A stretch of 64,000 nucleotides of DNA from Chrysomallon squamiferum (Eukaryota > Animalia > Mollusca), in NCBI GenBank assembly GCA_012295275.1, contig CM022675.1:17174001-17238000 (forward strand), written 5' to 3'. How positions within the stretch are numbered: the stretch's first letter is position 1; the number at the start of each line of letters is the position of its first letter. The notes beneath the pieces are model-generated. The model searched no databases and was not told where the DNA came from. It saw only the letters and a list, made by a program, of their open reading frames with translations. Below are positions 63,159-64,000 of the stretch, piece after piece. Made by a program: the position numbers and the translations under genes.

Positions 63159-64000
63159 CTGAAAATACGTTATAAACTATGTACGTCTTTACCATAGGTA
63201 GACATCACGAACACTGAAAATACGTTATAAATTATGTACGTCTGTAACAGAGGCACACAACACAAACACTGAAAATACGTTATAAACTGTGTACGTCTGT
63301 ATTATAGGCACATAAGACGAACACTGAAAATACGTTATAAACCATGTATATCTGTAATATAGGCAAACAATACAAACACTGAAATACGTTATAAACTGTG
63401 TACTCTGTATCATAGGCACATGTTTCAGGGGAATATACATTACCAGGAATTACGTACAGTCCCTGAAGTTTTCATATATTATGGATTATATCTGATTCAC
63501 TCTGGAATTGTGAATAAACCTTGAAAATTTCAAATTAATACACATAATATCTGAAATTTTGATAGCTATTTTATAAATACTCCCTCATAAAGCTAGAGAA
63601 CGGGAAAACAATAAAAAACTGTAAGTTGGGTTATTTCAAGTTCCGTCCAGCTATAAGTTATGTATAAAATTATGCACAAAACCCTATTTTGTATATCGTG
63701 ATCGGCCCAACAATATCACTATTCTGAAATAAATGAGTTCTTAGAATGAAGTGTAGTCTATAGTAAGATTTAATATATAAACAAATAATTACTCTTAAAG
63801 TGCAACAGATAAATTCGATTTTCAATGATGTGTTCAAAATTCACTTTTCGTGTTTGCATGATATTTCTGTTTATTGTCAGCATATAAAATTCAACAACGT
63901 ATCGAACTCTTTAGAATATCAAAAGAGGTTTTCACTGTAAAAACATACTGAAATACTGCTGCTGATGATAAACTACATTAATTTTTATTTTATTTTTTTT

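Overview
Very AT-rich, microsatellite-dense, intron-rich animal genomic DNA, most plausibly a mollusc (inferred from the EGF-ZP genes; species not determinable). Six spliced genes were rebuilt by hand with GT-AG boundaries and consistent phases: GGACT (-), NHEJ1/XLF (-, 7 exons, 333 aa), LNPK/Lunapark (+, 11 coding exons, 462 aa, head-to-head with NHEJ1), two tail-to-tail paralogous EGF-EGF-ZP-like membrane proteins (483 and 474 aa, identical intron phases), and a receptor guanylate cyclase (-, 19 exons visible, 5' end outside the window). Mobile DNA includes two internally deleted hAT/Buster elements with TIRs and 8-bp TSDs, a FLYWCH-bearing Mutator/Phantom-like relic and a ~0.75 kb dispersed duplication. 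The most unusual signals are splice-site architectures (a 55-bp tandem array of five acceptors, four leading to a stop; a duplicated donor with a complementary upstream anti-donor; a candidate alternative GGACT last exon) and a 0-versus-8 N-glycosylation split between the two EGF-ZP paralogs. No prokaryotic features, CRISPR, rRNA or tRNA genes are supported.
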